Of a stretch of 59,334 bases of DNA, positions 1 through 11,582 are shown one piece after another. The position numbers were made by a program, and so were the translations under genes. Location of the stretch: positions 62,001-121,334 of IMG/VR virus record IMGVR_UViG_3300034082_004432; one strand, given 5' to 3'. Each line of letters starts with the position of its first letter. Position 1 is the first letter of the stretch. Source of the DNA: an uncultured virus (IMG/VR IMGVR_UViG_3300034082_004432). Taxonomy: Duplodnaviria > Heunggongvirae > Uroviricota > Caudoviricetes. The notes under the pieces were generated by a model. It made no database searches, was not told where the DNA came from, and worked only from the letters and a program-made list of their open reading frames with translations.

Positions 1-1
1 T

Positions 2-1717
2 AGATCTAACACAAGTTCAGATTTATTCTATAATTTTAAGACAGTATCCGAATCTGATGTTATTATAGCTACGCCTAACACCAATTCTAGTACTGGACGA
101 TATCTTGATGTATTATTTTCTTTGTATTCAAATGAATTCCAAAGTCTTGCACCTACAGTTAATAATCTCAAGATAAATTATTCAACTGTTGGCAGTGCCA
201 CTACTAGAGCATATGACAGAAACTTAACTGACACCTCAAATCAAAAATTTGGTTGGGTAAGTGATGTTTATTACAATAAAAATGCTGGGTATGGTGTTAC
301 AAATCCAGACGATACAAATTACCTAAAAATTTACGATACATCTAAAGTAGGTAATTGGGTGTATCTTAGAAATAATAATCTTATTTCTGCAGCTAGTAAT
401 GTTTTAGAAACAACAGTTGAAGACGGAATAGATGCTGGGACTTTAAGAAATTACTTAACTCCAAATCAAATATTCCTGAAATCAACAAATTATGGTTTGG
501 ACAATCCATCCGATTATCAATCTTTGCCAAATGGTGGAAATATAATTTGTGATACCAAAAACGATAGAATTATTTTGACAGATATTGATGGTAATTTTAC
601 AAAAGTAATTCAAGGCAACATAAGATTAAGATTATTGTCAAGAGATTTTGTAGCATTATCAGCTTCATTCAATCCAGATACAAGAAAAATATTTATTGCA
701 TTTTCTCAGAATATATCTTTTGTAGATTTGACAAAAATTTACATTAATTACGACAATATATCTGTGAGAGGGGATGACACTAGACTTTCAGGTGAATATT
801 TTGATCCAATTTTTGACAATTCTTCAACTTATGTTTTTACTATAGATGACACTGTTGAAGGACGTGCATTATCTGTCGCACTTAAAAATTCGCTTACCAA
901 AAAGATAAGACTTGATAAAGGCTGCTTCACAAACTCTGGATTTTCTATAAATACAAATACAATTTTATCAGCTACGATTCCAACATCAACAGTATCATCT
1001 GTAAACAGAACCGAACAATTTGTTGCGGGTATAAGTACATCAATAACAGGGACATCTTCTATTGCAGCTGGACTAGCAGTTTCTACAACTACTGTAAATA
1101 CAGTAACGGACTATAATGGAGATGGAACTATATCTTCTTCTGTTATGTACGGACCAAATGCTCAATCTGATGACATAATTTTAGATTTGTGGCAAGGGCC
1201 CATTCATTTTGCAAATATTTACAATCCAGTGTCTGTTCAGTACGATGAAATAAATTCTTTGATAATATTAGCCCAACCTCATTCAAGATCAGTTCTATGC
1301 TATAAAAATGACACTGACTTAACATTACAATGGGCTATAAGTTCAGACATAGTTAATTACTATGATAATAAATTGGGGTCAGCTTACTTATTATCTAATG
1401 GAAATGTTTTATTGGGAAGCCCAGCAATAGACTCAAATGATACTGGAAAATTACAAGTATATAATGTTTCAAATGGATATATTGAAACAAAGCTTACTTT
1501 TAATAATGATGTAGTAAAAGCTTTGCCTGGACCAGCTTCAGATTTATCAAACTTTTATGCACTTACTGATGATGTAATAAATTATGGAGCAAATTCAAGA
1601 TTGCACCTTGTAAATAACTCAGGCACTATTTTGTCTACTTGGGGGGATAACAACGAATTATTTCATCCTAAAGGTATGAGAATTATTGCAAATGACAACA
1701 TCTTGGTATCGGAATAA
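2..1717 (+). CDS. Large virion structural protein, 5'-truncated by the window; probable C-terminal beta-propeller (NHL-like) blades
   Basis: The frame of ORF 122..1717 stays open back to position 2, so the true start lies outside the window. S/T/N-rich; blade-like segments DTKNDRIILTD, NPVSVQY, SAYLLSNGNVLL, HPKGMRIIANDNILVSE. Confidence 0.7.
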   Translation, partial: RSNTSSDLFYNFKTVSESDVIIATPNTNSSTGRYLDVLFSLYSNEFQSLAPTVNNLKINYSTVGSATTRAYDRNLTDTSNQKFGWVSDVYYNKNAGYGVTNPDDTNYLKIYDTSKVGNWVYLRNNNLISAASNVLETTVEDGIDAGTLRNYLTPNQIFLKSTNYGLDNPSDYQSLPNGGNIICDTKNDRIILTDIDGNFTKVIQGNIRLRLLSRDFVALSASFNPDTRKIFIAFSQNISFVDLTKIYINYDNISVRGDDTRLSGEYFDPIFDNSSTYVFTIDDTVEGRALSVALKNSLTKKIRLDKGCFTNSGFSINTNTILSATIPTSTVSSVNRTEQFVAGISTSITGTSSIAAGLAVSTTTVNTVTDYNGDGTISSSVMYGPNAQSDDIILDLWQGPIHFANIYNPVSVQYDEINSLIILAQPHSRSVLCYKNDTDLTLQWAISSDIVNYYDNKLGSAYLLSNGNVLLGSPAIDSNDTGKLQVYNVSNGYIETKLTFNNDVVKALPGPASDLSNFYALTDDVINYGANSRLHLVNNSGTILSTWGDNNELFHPKGMRIIANDNILVSE

Positions 1718-1720
1718 AAT

Positions 1721-2686
1721 ATGAATATCCAAATAGATAATAACAAACCAATAATAAATATAATTGATGATGAAAATAATTTATCTTTTGAGTTTATTTC
1801 TGCAGACAAAAATTATTTAGTTAGTAAAAATGATTTAAGCGCCAGATTGTTGATGAAAAAACAAACTGTGGCTAACATTTTATTGTCAGAAAATATATTA
1901 GAAATTTCTTTTGAAAAAGTTATCTCTTATATTCAATTTATTTCTGTCAAGTTTAAGTTTGATTCAATTGTAGAAATTCACAATAATTATATTATTTTTT
2001 CAAGAGGCAACAAAGATTATGTAATTGATTTTCAAACTACCAAATATAGTTTTGAATCAAATGATACTCTTCTACTCATTCTTGATAAATCAGAACAAAC
2101 TATCAAAGTTTCTGAATTAAGTTCTTTTGCAAATAATTTTCAATCGCAGAGTTTTAGATCTTTCACTGCAACTAATTCATTTCTCATTGATGATACTTGC
2201 AAAATGCCTGAATTTTCAATTGGAAGCTATGATGATCTTGCCTTTTCTACTCCAAGACCAGTAAGACAAGGAAACCCAGTTATATCAACTGTTCCAGCAT
2301 TAATTGATACAAATTCTTTAACTGATGATATTGTCTATTACAATACTGGATTGGGGCCAACTTCAAAAACAATTTATTTCAAGATTGTTTGTAATACTGT
2401 TATTGAAAATACATTATCAACTGGCGACATATCTCCAAAATTACAGCTCAAGGTTTATCTTCCTAATGGGTTGGATACAGTCAAAGCTCCAGTTTATGTA
2501 GATATGTATTTTGTTTCTGCTGATACAACTAACGACATTTCGGTCTATTCTGCATCATTCACTTTCTACAAACAGGGAAGATTTAATAATATTGATTATG
2601 TAGATGGATTTATGTATTTCGACGTACATTGCCCTTTAACTGTACAAAAATCAATACCTTTCCAGTTTGATTTTCAACTTTTATAG
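1721..2686 (+). CDS. Hypothetical protein in the structural operon
   Basis: 321-aa ORF packed between structural genes; no recognisable motif. Confidence 0.7.
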   Translation: MNIQIDNNKPIINIIDDENNLSFEFISADKNYLVSKNDLSARLLMKKQTVANILLSENILEISFEKVISYIQFISVKFKFDSIVEIHNNYIIFSRGNKDYVIDFQTTKYSFESNDTLLLILDKSEQTIKVSELSSFANNFQSQSFRSFTATNSFLIDDTCKMPEFSIGSYDDLAFSTPRPVRQGNPVISTVPALIDTNSLTDDIVYYNTGLGPTSKTIYFKIVCNTVIENTLSTGDISPKLQLKVYLPNGLDTVKAPVYVDMYFVSADTTNDISVYSASFTFYKQGRFNNIDYVDGFMYFDVHCPLTVQKSIPFQFDFQLL

Positions 2687-2743
2687 GGTTCAAAACGGCT
2701 GGCAAAGAATATTTTAATATTCCCTGTTTAGCGGTGGTTACAA

Positions 2744-5700
2744 GTGCCATATAACGTTACAATAATTTTACCAAACAATCTTACAAGCGGATATCTACAA
2801 TCTGAATTTATTAATCTAGGTCAGCCTTACACTAGTAATTCTTATTCCAAAGATCCTACGCTTGATAATAATAGAAATACTCTTACTTTTAGCTTTGAAG
2901 TAAGAGATAGTGGCACTCGTGAATTAACATATTTACGCAGAATCAAAACTCTTTATTTATCCAATGATCCAGAATTTGATCCTGTAGCAACTGTCGCAAT
3001 CCAAACTTGGCCTTCAAACTCTTATGTATTCGATCCAACTTATGATTATGAATACACTCTCAACCCACTCTATTTCTTTGACAATACATTAAACCAAGGA
3101 ACTATGGCTACCCCTACTGCGGGTGGAACTGGGTTGTTTAAGGTCTACAACTGGCCTTTAAGCGCATCTGGTGGTCTTTCTACTGTCTATATGAAAGCCA
3201 TATTAGAAGGCCCAAATGGTACTGATATTGAGTATCCAATGGGTTATGGTATTTTTGATCAGATTAGATGGGAAGGCGAAATACCTGTAAATCCTGATTT
3301 TCCAGAGATACCAAGTGCTAAATCTGGTTATGTTGGAAAAAATACACTTCTTTCTTTTGTAAGTGGCAACCAAGTATCTGCTCAAACTGAAACAACTGGA
3401 ATAGGCAGATATGTAGCTAGTGTTTATGAAATTTCAAACACTGGTGGAACTTATGATGCATACTCAGCGAAAAATACTACCAAAAGAACTCTTATACCAT
3501 CAGCATCCATAGCATCAACAACACTCACTGCATATAGATACTTTGATGGAAACTACAATGCTTCGTCTTTATCATTAGGTGCAAATATTGGTCTTACTAG
3601 TGCAAGTTATGGCAAAGGTGTATTTTTCTACAGTAAAACCAAGCTTACACCATCAACAAGTAAGACAGACTATTACACACAAGCTGGATTTTCATTTACA
3701 ACATCAGGAATTGCTGTAACATCACAAGCATTTTTAAAACTTTACTCTGCTCCTGATACTAGTGCAAATGGAAATGAAATTGTTTGTAGAGTAGATATTC
3801 CAAATAATGATAATCCAATAGCATATCTTTACACTAGAATTAATGGTTCAGATAGCGCAAATAAACAAATAACCACTCTGCCTCATAGTATTCTTCCATT
3901 GCTTCAATCTGGCGGTTTGATGGAAATGTATTACTCTTCTATGGGTACTACAAACTTATGCATGGTTGAAACATATTTCACACCATATTTAGATCAATCA
4001 GTAGTTTCAAGAAAGAGTTATTTGCTAGGTAATGCTATCTTGGCATCTTTTGGCAGTTCGTCAGTCGGAAGTGCTTTTGGCTATCAAATTTCACAAGCAA
4101 CTGGGTCTACATTCTCTGGTGGGTTAGTTGTTGAAGAATTATTTTTAGCTCAAGGTAAGTCAAAGCTCTCTGCAGATATTGGCGACTGTACCAATGATGA
4201 TATTTCACTTATCAATGCTCCAGTAACTGAAATTGAATATGGATGGAATGATGCTGTTAATGAAGAATTTATTGTTCTTACTGATGCTCCTTCTGATGTA
4301 ACTTTCACTACAAACATCACTTCTATTTTATATGAAGTAGATAAACTTGATAGCACCAATTCATATTCTGTTCCTTTGCACTATGAACTTCAATTATATA
4401 AACCATCACTAAGCAACAGAAGCAGATTTGAATTTGCATTTAAGCACGGATCAGATGATGTTTACGTAGCATTCAGCTCAGTGTCTTCGTATAGGTCCCA
4501 TACTCAAAATAGCTTGACAGTAAATTGGGATAGACCTTTCGGTGTAAGATGTGATGATGGATTTGCTTATACTGATGCTCCACTAAATGCTCCAACAATT
4601 TTAGTAAAGTTTAGCGGTGAAAAAAATGAAATTTCTGTTTCATATAGAAGCGAAGACAATAAATTAAGAAGACAAGTTTTAAGATCTTATCAACCACAAG
4701 CTGATGTCACAAAATTTGTTTTTGAAATTACTGAACAACTTCCAAATTCATTCACTGGTAGATTTAAGAATAAGACTTATACCGGCACTTATTTATTAGT
4801 CAAAGAGATAACAGGTAATGGTATTAATCTTGTTGGTGCTGTTGATATGCTTTTGCCTATTAATTCAAACACATCTGGATTAGGATATTTTGTTGGATTT
4901 GGTGTTCGTAAAAGTTCTTATAATAATGATGGATCTACTTACTTCCAAGATCTTAAATGGTCTGGTATTCCTAATTTTTATAAAGAACAATTTGACAACG
5001 ATAGCACAATTAAGACATTCTTATTGAGCGACGAAGGGTCTACAAATTCAAAACATTATTTAGGTCAGAAATTATTAAGTGGCTTGACTGATTTAATTGA
5101 TTATCAATATGAAACAGCCAACACATTACCAAAACTTACACTAGATGCTACCAATTATACTTTCAGTGCTTTACCAAATACACCAACATATTCATCAAAT
5201 GTGCTTTCTGCTGGTACTGCGGGAACGTTAGTCTTGAATGGCGGATACGTTACCTCGACTACTGATTATATTTTTGTTGCTGGTCAAGGAACAACTGCAC
5301 ATAATGGAGTTTATTATCAGACAAGAGTTGGTACTGCTACAACAACCTGGAGATTAGCACGAGTTCCTGAAATGGATACTAGCGCAGAAGTTTACTCAGG
5401 TATGATGGTTAGAATTCCACAAGACTTTACAATAGCAAGTACAAAATGGTATCTTTCTACTCCAGATCCAATTACATTGAGCACATCTGATTTATTATTT
5501 ACAGCAGTAGAACCAACACCAGATACAATCTCCTTAACAACAACAGGCTCAAATATAACAATTGCAAATATTACATCTTTGACAATTGATGGCACTGCAC
5601 TTTCTTCATTGGCAGTCGGAAGTAAAATTCTTGTCAAAGATCAAATTGACAATACTGAAAATGGAGTTTATGTCAAGTCTGTTTCTGGATTTGCTTTAAC

Positions 5701-7099
5701 TTCCACAAATTATAATGTCCCGTTAAGAATTACTGGCGGAACTGTAAATGCAGACACTAATTGGTACAAATCACAAGTAACTTTTAATGGCAATCTTGTT
5801 GATAAATTTATAAGCACTACATTCTTTAAATCTATTACTGTTGGTGAAATATCAAGCTTTATCACAACAACAAAACCAAAATTATTTGAATTCAAGCTAC
5901 ATTGGAATGGATACGACAAACCATTTCCAATGAACGAACTTAAGATAAGATTTTTTAAGAATTTAGGATCTTTGCCAGATTATAGCAATCCACTTACTTC
6001 TTGGAAATCTGTTTTATACAATCCATTTGTAGCTGGCTTCAATAATAGTCCGAATAATAATCTTATCCAAGTTCAGTTGGCAGATTCAGATTGGAACCAA
6101 AACATAACACAATCTGATGTGATTTGGGTGGCTATAACAGTTCCATTTAATTCAGCATTGGGTAGAGCAAATGGAATAGAACTTTCTGATGTAGATTTCA
6201 TACAAAATGCAGAATTTTCAGGATACAGAAGAGCAAACAATCTTTGGCATAAACTTCACGTTAGATATGAAGAAAAAACTAAGAATTTGACTCATAAAAA
6301 CTCAATTCAATATAGAGTAAGAGCAGTATCTCATGGAAATATTTCTAGCTATTCAACAAAATTAAGTAGTCCATCTCAAGTAGATGTAAATCCACCACTA
6401 TACTCTGGAGATGTTCCTAATATTCTGGTTGCTACAGAGTCTACTTTGAGAATGGTGCAGTTATCTATTCAAGCAGAGGATAATGAGTCTGGAATTCTTG
6501 CTTTTAGAGTAGGAAAAGAAATTGATAACTCATTTATAAATTATACTCCTTGGCTTCCTTGGGATAAATTTATAGTCAACACAGAAAATTCATACTATTT
6601 ATATCTGTATGGTCACTTAAATTATTATGCCCTTGGACCAAAGAATACAGCATTCGATAATCAAAATATTGGATTTTCTGGACAAAGAAAAATTTGGGTT
6701 CAATTGATGGATTACATGGGAAATATTTCAGAATCCAATCCATTAACTTTTGTTGCTACTTCTCAAGCACTAGTAGATACTCAAGCACCTTATGGAACAG
6801 TGAATTTCTTTGATCCAAAAACCAATCAAGAAACCATTATATCTAATCTTCCTCAATCTTGGATGAAGATAGATGGTACTGACATAGTTACAGGTATTAA
6901 GGATTTTCAAATAAGAAGACTTTTAGACACAGGTAATGGTGATTGGTCAGAATGGATACCTTATTCTCCATATGTCAAGGTAGATTTTGCAGGCGAAAGC
7001 GATGGAGTTAAGAAAGTTGAAATAAAATTCAGAGATTTTGGTAATAACATAACTCAACCTGAAGTTAAGTGGAATGCAATTAGGAGACCAAAAGTATAA
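2744..7099 (+). CDS. Large tail/baseplate-associated fibre protein (1451 aa)
   Basis: Two tail-fibre-type repeats (IFVAGQGTTAHNGVYY..WRLAR; KILVKDQIDNTENGVYV) and two C-terminal Ig-like modules ending KIWVQLMDYMGNIS and KKVEIKFRDFGNNI. Confidence 0.75.
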   Translation: MPYNVTIILPNNLTSGYLQSEFINLGQPYTSNSYSKDPTLDNNRNTLTFSFEVRDSGTRELTYLRRIKTLYLSNDPEFDPVATVAIQTWPSNSYVFDPTYDYEYTLNPLYFFDNTLNQGTMATPTAGGTGLFKVYNWPLSASGGLSTVYMKAILEGPNGTDIEYPMGYGIFDQIRWEGEIPVNPDFPEIPSAKSGYVGKNTLLSFVSGNQVSAQTETTGIGRYVASVYEISNTGGTYDAYSAKNTTKRTLIPSASIASTTLTAYRYFDGNYNASSLSLGANIGLTSASYGKGVFFYSKTKLTPSTSKTDYYTQAGFSFTTSGIAVTSQAFLKLYSAPDTSANGNEIVCRVDIPNNDNPIAYLYTRINGSDSANKQITTLPHSILPLLQSGGLMEMYYSSMGTTNLCMVETYFTPYLDQSVVSRKSYLLGNAILASFGSSSVGSAFGYQISQATGSTFSGGLVVEELFLAQGKSKLSADIGDCTNDDISLINAPVTEIEYGWNDAVNEEFIVLTDAPSDVTFTTNITSILYEVDKLDSTNSYSVPLHYELQLYKPSLSNRSRFEFAFKHGSDDVYVAFSSVSSYRSHTQNSLTVNWDRPFGVRCDDGFAYTDAPLNAPTILVKFSGEKNEISVSYRSEDNKLRRQVLRSYQPQADVTKFVFEITEQLPNSFTGRFKNKTYTGTYLLVKEITGNGINLVGAVDMLLPINSNTSGLGYFVGFGVRKSSYNNDGSTYFQDLKWSGIPNFYKEQFDNDSTIKTFLLSDEGSTNSKHYLGQKLLSGLTDLIDYQYETANTLPKLTLDATNYTFSALPNTPTYSSNVLSAGTAGTLVLNGGYVTSTTDYIFVAGQGTTAHNGVYYQTRVGTATTTWRLARVPEMDTSAEVYSGMMVRIPQDFTIASTKWYLSTPDPITLSTSDLLFTAVEPTPDTISLTTTGSNITIANITSLTIDGTALSSLAVGSKILVKDQIDNTENGVYVKSVSGFALTSTNYNVPLRITGGTVNADTNWYKSQVTFNGNLVDKFISTTFFKSITVGEISSFITTTKPKLFEFKLHWNGYDKPFPMNELKIRFFKNLGSLPDYSNPLTSWKSVLYNPFVAGFNNSPNNNLIQVQLADSDWNQNITQSDVIWVAITVPFNSALGRANGIELSDVDFIQNAEFSGYRRANNLWHKLHVRYEEKTKNLTHKNSIQYRVRAVSHGNISSYSTKLSSPSQVDVNPPLYSGDVPNILVATESTLRMVQLSIQAEDNESGILAFRVGKEIDNSFINYTPWLPWDKFIVNTENSYYLYLYGHLNYYALGPKNTAFDNQNIGFSGQRKIWVQLMDYMGNISESNPLTFVATSQALVDTQAPYGTVNFFDPKTNQETIISNLPQSWMKIDGTDIVTGIKDFQIRRLLDTGNGDWSEWIPYSPYVKVDFAGESDGVKKVEIKFRDFGNNITQPEVKWNAIRRPKV

Positions 7100-10065
7100 T
7101 GGTGCCGACAATTTTTACAGCTAGTTGTTCTTGGAAAGGACCTAATGATAGCGAAAAAATATTATACTTCTCTGGAATATCAAAGAAAAGATTTACAAAT
7201 ATTTCCTTAGTAGATAGTCTTGATCCAGCTTACACTGCCGGGACTGCATTCAAGTTAGTCGGCACAAATACAAATGACTTAGGTAGAGTTTATAAAGTAA
7301 GTTCAAATGATGAATTGTTTGTCAACTCTTCGGTAAATTATGGAGTTGATGATTATAATAATTATCTTATTTTTGAAACTCCAGTAGATGGTTCTATTGT
7401 AAATGTAGTTTTGGAAAGATATTACGCTTCAATTCATATAGCAAATCTTGTCTCATTTGAAAAAATTATTGATCTTGAAAATCAAGCAGAAAGAGCAATT
7501 ACTTCTATGGTTGCTTCTGATGGTGGAATTTATCTTTCTGGCGTATCAGGAAAAATCTGGTTCTACAATGGCGAATATATTAGTGGTCCAGTATTCATTC
7601 TTCAAGACAATAGTGTAGATCTTTCTGCTTCTACAATGATTTCTCATAAGTTTGAACATGAAACTGAACCTTATTTGTATGTTGCTTCAGATCAATTACC
7701 AAGATTATTTAGATCAAAATTAAGTACAGCATATAATGGAAGTCAATGGGAACAAGTTTACCCATTAGGTGAATTAGCAGCAAATACAGGTGGAATTCTT
7801 TCAATGGTTTCTGCTTATAACAAGCTTTTTCTTGGAGCTTTGAATAAAAAAGTTCATAGATACTCTAGATCGCTAAATATTTCTTTATCACAGCCTACAA
7901 ACTTAATTACTGAGGAAGTCATTGTCAAGGAAACAGAAACTGAAACTCTTGAAACTTCAACATTGATTGCAAATAATATTACTGATTATGAGGCAACAGA
8001 TTTTGGAGTTAGATGCTTGGCCGTTGGTAAAAATCAAGTATTAGCTGGAATTGATAAAAAGCCTGAAATTTGGTCTTACTCTGAAGTTCCACTTTCCAAC
8101 CCAACAATAGATGAAAGTTGGACATCAATTTTATTTGATGAAGTTTTTATGAATGATCCAGCTCCAGCACAATTTTACTCATATGACAACAATACTTTGT
8201 CAAGAAATGATGAAAATGTGGCAATTGCAAGATTTCATGTAGAAAATAATCCAGCGCAATTTGATGAATTTTTAGTAGTCAAAGGCAATACAAGATCTTC
8301 TACTGGAGCTACAACTTATGGTGCTAGATTATATGAAATTTCTGAAGGATCTGATTGGGAACAACTTTTACGAGATAATCTTCCAAGTCAAAATTTTATT
8401 AATGTCAAATGTGCATCTTGGGAATCAATAACAACTTGGAATAATTTTACTTCTCTTGATGGATATGATTTGATTGTAAATGATCTTTTTCTACTTAAAG
8501 ATCAGACTGCTTCAGGCACAAATAGTATTTTCAATGGAATTTATGTTTACAATGGTGCTAATAATACTCCATCCCTTGTAAACATTACTCAATATATTGT
8601 TTCTGGAAGTACTAAGCTCGGTTTCTATATTGAAACTGGATACATCAACACTGGCAACAGATATATTTTGAATTACACAGATTATCTGTCATCTGGAAAT
8701 TTTTTGATAACAAAGCCAAGCTATACTTTTGAAGCTGAAGTTATCAACTTGAATTCTAGCCAAGCTGCAACATCATCTGACTTGAGAAACGAAACAACAT
8801 TAAATAGTTCTGAACAAATCCCTACAAATTCACTTTCTGGATATCAAGGTTTTCAAATTGCAGATCTTTACGGACAATATTCAATCGAGTTTAATTCATC
8901 AACATTAAAGCTTTCTAGTGGATTGAATCTTGTTGAAAAAGCATTAGTCACAACTGGATTGGTAGCAGACTGGCAATTTTATAGTGTTTCAAACGGAGTA
9001 GTCTCCTCTAGTGTGCAGTCTTGGACTATTGGTCAATTTGTTAGTAATTTATCTGCTACAACTGAAACAAATTATGATGTCTTCAATGATCCTTATGACA
9101 AATATGTTCTAAAGATTATTCCCGCTTTAACAGGAAATCCATCAATTTATGTTGATAATTTAAGCATTGATGTTGATTTAGATTCTGTAATTTCAATTAG
9201 AGTAAAAGCTAAACCAAAGTCAAAAGTATTAAGTCTTGGAAAAATAAAAGCTTATTGGGCTTATGATGGAGGTATTTTCAATATAAGTGCTGAGACAGCT
9301 TTGCATTCGTCTGATGATTATATTCAATACAAGATTGAGCCTATTTGGAAAGGTACTGTTGGAAGGCTGCAAATAGAATTTGTAGATCTTCCTGAAAATG
9401 CTGATAGACCTGACGAGATTATTATTGACTTAATTCAAATTCAATCGATTGAAGATGTTTTTGATATCAATAATAAACTTTCAAGAATAAGATGGATAGT
9501 TGAAGACCGTGATATAAAAATTTACTTGGGTCAACAAAAAAATCCATTTTTAGAAAAGAAAAACTTTATTTCTCTTGACACATACAGCTCTAAGTATTTA
9601 GATTCAACAGCAAATAGCTTTGATTACGACCATCCATTTATACAATTTGGAAAAATTGATAACAATGCTGGAGATTCATTGGTTGGCTACTCAGGAGTTT
9701 CATTTATTATAGGTGAAATTTATGTCCCAACAAATTGTAAAGTTGTTGATTTCAATCAGTCTGTAAAACTTCCTTCAACTGGTGGTGTTAGGTTATTTAC
9801 TTATCACGATGGAACATTATATTGTGCTACAGATGGTTTTATAAGCGACAAAATTTCAGAAAATCCTGACGACAGACAAAGCAAGATTTTCTATTACAAA
9901 TCAGATTCAGAAAGTTGGTACCTAGAAGACATCAATTTTGCAAGAAAAAAGATTTTTGACAATGCTGGTAATTATAATCTGTATGGCGTTATCAGGCCGT
10001 TGACAGCAATTAGTTATAAAGGCAAATTGTTCTTGAGCGGACACTACGGAAATATCAACCCATAA
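7099..10065 (+). CDS. Virion structural protein (988 aa) with beta-propeller-like blades and one fibre repeat
   Basis: TAATG-coupled to the previous gene; fibre repeat [25 protein letters not shown]; blade-like segments ([38 protein letters not shown]). Confidence 0.7.
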   Translation: MVPTIFTASCSWKGPNDSEKILYFSGISKKRFTNISLVDSLDPAYTAGTAFKLVGTNTNDLGRVYKVSSNDELFVNSSVNYGVDDYNNYLIFETPVDGSIVNVVLERYYASIHIANLVSFEKIIDLENQAERAITSMVASDGGIYLSGVSGKIWFYNGEYISGPVFILQDNSVDLSASTMISHKFEHETEPYLYVASDQLPRLFRSKLSTAYNGSQWEQVYPLGELAANTGGILSMVSAYNKLFLGALNKKVHRYSRSLNISLSQPTNLITEEVIVKETETETLETSTLIANNITDYEATDFGVRCLAVGKNQVLAGIDKKPEIWSYSEVPLSNPTIDESWTSILFDEVFMNDPAPAQFYSYDNNTLSRNDENVAIARFHVENNPAQFDEFLVVKGNTRSSTGATTYGARLYEISEGSDWEQLLRDNLPSQNFINVKCASWESITTWNNFTSLDGYDLIVNDLFLLKDQTASGTNSIFNGIYVYNGANNTPSLVNITQYIVSGSTKLGFYIETGYINTGNRYILNYTDYLSSGNFLITKPSYTFEAEVINLNSSQAATSSDLRNETTLNSSEQIPTNSLSGYQGFQIADLYGQYSIEFNSSTLKLSSGLNLVEKALVTTGLVADWQFYSVSNGVVSSSVQSWTIGQFVSNLSATTETNYDVFNDPYDKYVLKIIPALTGNPSIYVDNLSIDVDLDSVISIRVKAKPKSKVLSLGKIKAYWAYDGGIFNISAETALHSSDDYIQYKIEPIWKGTVGRLQIEFVDLPENADRPDEIIIDLIQIQSIEDVFDINNKLSRIRWIVEDRDIKIYLGQQKNPFLEKKNFISLDTYSSKYLDSTANSFDYDHPFIQFGKIDNNAGDSLVGYSGVSFIIGEIYVPTNCKVVDFNQSVKLPSTGGVRLFTYHDGTLYCATDGFISDKISENPDDRQSKIFYYKSDSESWYLEDINFARKKIFDNAGNYNLYGVIRPLTAISYKGKLFLSGHYGNINP

Positions 10066-11582
10066 TGAGTGAAAATTTGAGAAATACATTTATAGCTTTC
10101 AGTGGCGCTAGTCCTGGAATATCTACAAGCTTGACCAATCTATCATATACTTCTTTTGATGGTAAAAGAATTTATTTAAACTTTGAAGATATAGATAGCA
10201 CAGGACTAGAGCCTGCTACTGGTTTGGAATTAAGATTTTCCGTAAGTAAAAATTTTGGAGCTATTGCAACTACAATCACCCCATCATCAACTTTTGTTGA
10301 TGCCAGTTCACCGAAGACATTACAATTAATTTTATCAGATGCAAACAGAATTGTAGATTCTTCGTATAATGGAAGTGGAGTAGCTTTAACTGCACAAACA
10401 GTCTTTGTATCTTACAATGCTACTGGTTTTGGCAGCACAGTCGCAAAATTATCCGACAACGATACACAAAAATCATTTGTATCATCATTTACAGGCGTTG
10501 GTATTTCAAATCTTACCAAAGAAGCCAACCCTCCTGTATACAATTATTCAACTACAAGTACAGACGGAACAAAAGTTTACGTTTATTACACAGAAGCTAC
10601 TCCACCCCTTCTTCCAACTTCAAGCATAAGTGGTTTTGCGGTTAGCCAAAATGGTTCTGGAATTGCAATTTCAAACGCATATGTTTTGGACCCTACAAGC
10701 GCTACAAACGGTAAAGTCTTAGTTCTTGACTTAAATTCAAGATTGGGTGTAAATGATGGAACAAATCCAGTCACTCTTACATACACTCAACCAGTATCTG
10801 ATTTTTTCAAAATTAAAGATAGCACTGGTACAGGCCTAACTTACGCTGTTTCATTTGCTGGAAGTGCAGTAACTAATCTTACAAGCACTACTTTTTTACC
10901 GAGAATTACTCAAGCATACACAGGTACTGGTGTTTCTGGAAATATTGTTTATGTGAGAATGTCAACAACTACAACTCCAGCATCACCCACTGGATTTGGA
11001 GTTTCGTACTCTAGTGTAGCAAAAACTATATCTAGTGTTGGTGCAACTGCTTTATTGTATGCTGGGATTGCAACAACTCTTTATTCGCTGATAATGTCTT
11101 CATATTTTGGCCCTGAAGATATTGTGTCTGTAAGTTATAACCAGCCTGTATCTAATTTTATAACTGATAGAACTTCAAATGCCAATAAAGTTGCAACACT
11201 TTCTAGTCCTATCATAGCAGTCAATAATTTAACTGACACAACTGCTCCAACTTTAGATAGATCAAATAGTTATATAGATAAAGATGGGCAAGATATTTAT
11301 TTAAAATTTACAGAAAATAGATCTAGACCTATGCTTCCTTCAACAGGCATCGAAACATTTTTTGTGTCTATCAATGGTCAATTCACTCCTATAAAATCAG
11401 CAGTTGGTTTGGGAGTTACATTTGCCACAGATGTAAAATTATCTCTTTACAATAAAATTGATTATAACAGTATAGTCAAAGTTGGTTATAGTGGGGATGG
11501 CGGAGCTGCAGCATTACGAGATAGCTCAAGTAATTATGTTGCAAATTTTGAACCGCTTATAATATCAAATTATGGGGTATGA
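10065..11582 (+). CDS. Structural protein made of about 4 SwmB-like (Ig-fold) repeats
   Basis: Four ~120-aa repeats starting DGKRIYLNF / DGTKVYVYY / GNIVYVRM / DGQDIYLKF and containing V(S/T/G)Y..P and L.D...N.V..F segments, resembling the SWM repeat. Confidence 0.6.
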   Translation: MSENLRNTFIAFSGASPGISTSLTNLSYTSFDGKRIYLNFEDIDSTGLEPATGLELRFSVSKNFGAIATTITPSSTFVDASSPKTLQLILSDANRIVDSSYNGSGVALTAQTVFVSYNATGFGSTVAKLSDNDTQKSFVSSFTGVGISNLTKEANPPVYNYSTTSTDGTKVYVYYTEATPPLLPTSSISGFAVSQNGSGIAISNAYVLDPTSATNGKVLVLDLNSRLGVNDGTNPVTLTYTQPVSDFFKIKDSTGTGLTYAVSFAGSAVTNLTSTTFLPRITQAYTGTGVSGNIVYVRMSTTTTPASPTGFGVSYSSVAKTISSVGATALLYAGIATTLYSLIMSSYFGPEDIVSVSYNQPVSNFITDRTSNANKVATLSSPIIAVNNLTDTTAPTLDRSNSYIDKDGQDIYLKFTENRSRPMLPSTGIETFFVSINGQFTPIKSAVGLGVTFATDVKLSLYNKIDYNSIVKVGYSGDGGAAALRDSSSNYVANFEPLIISNYGV

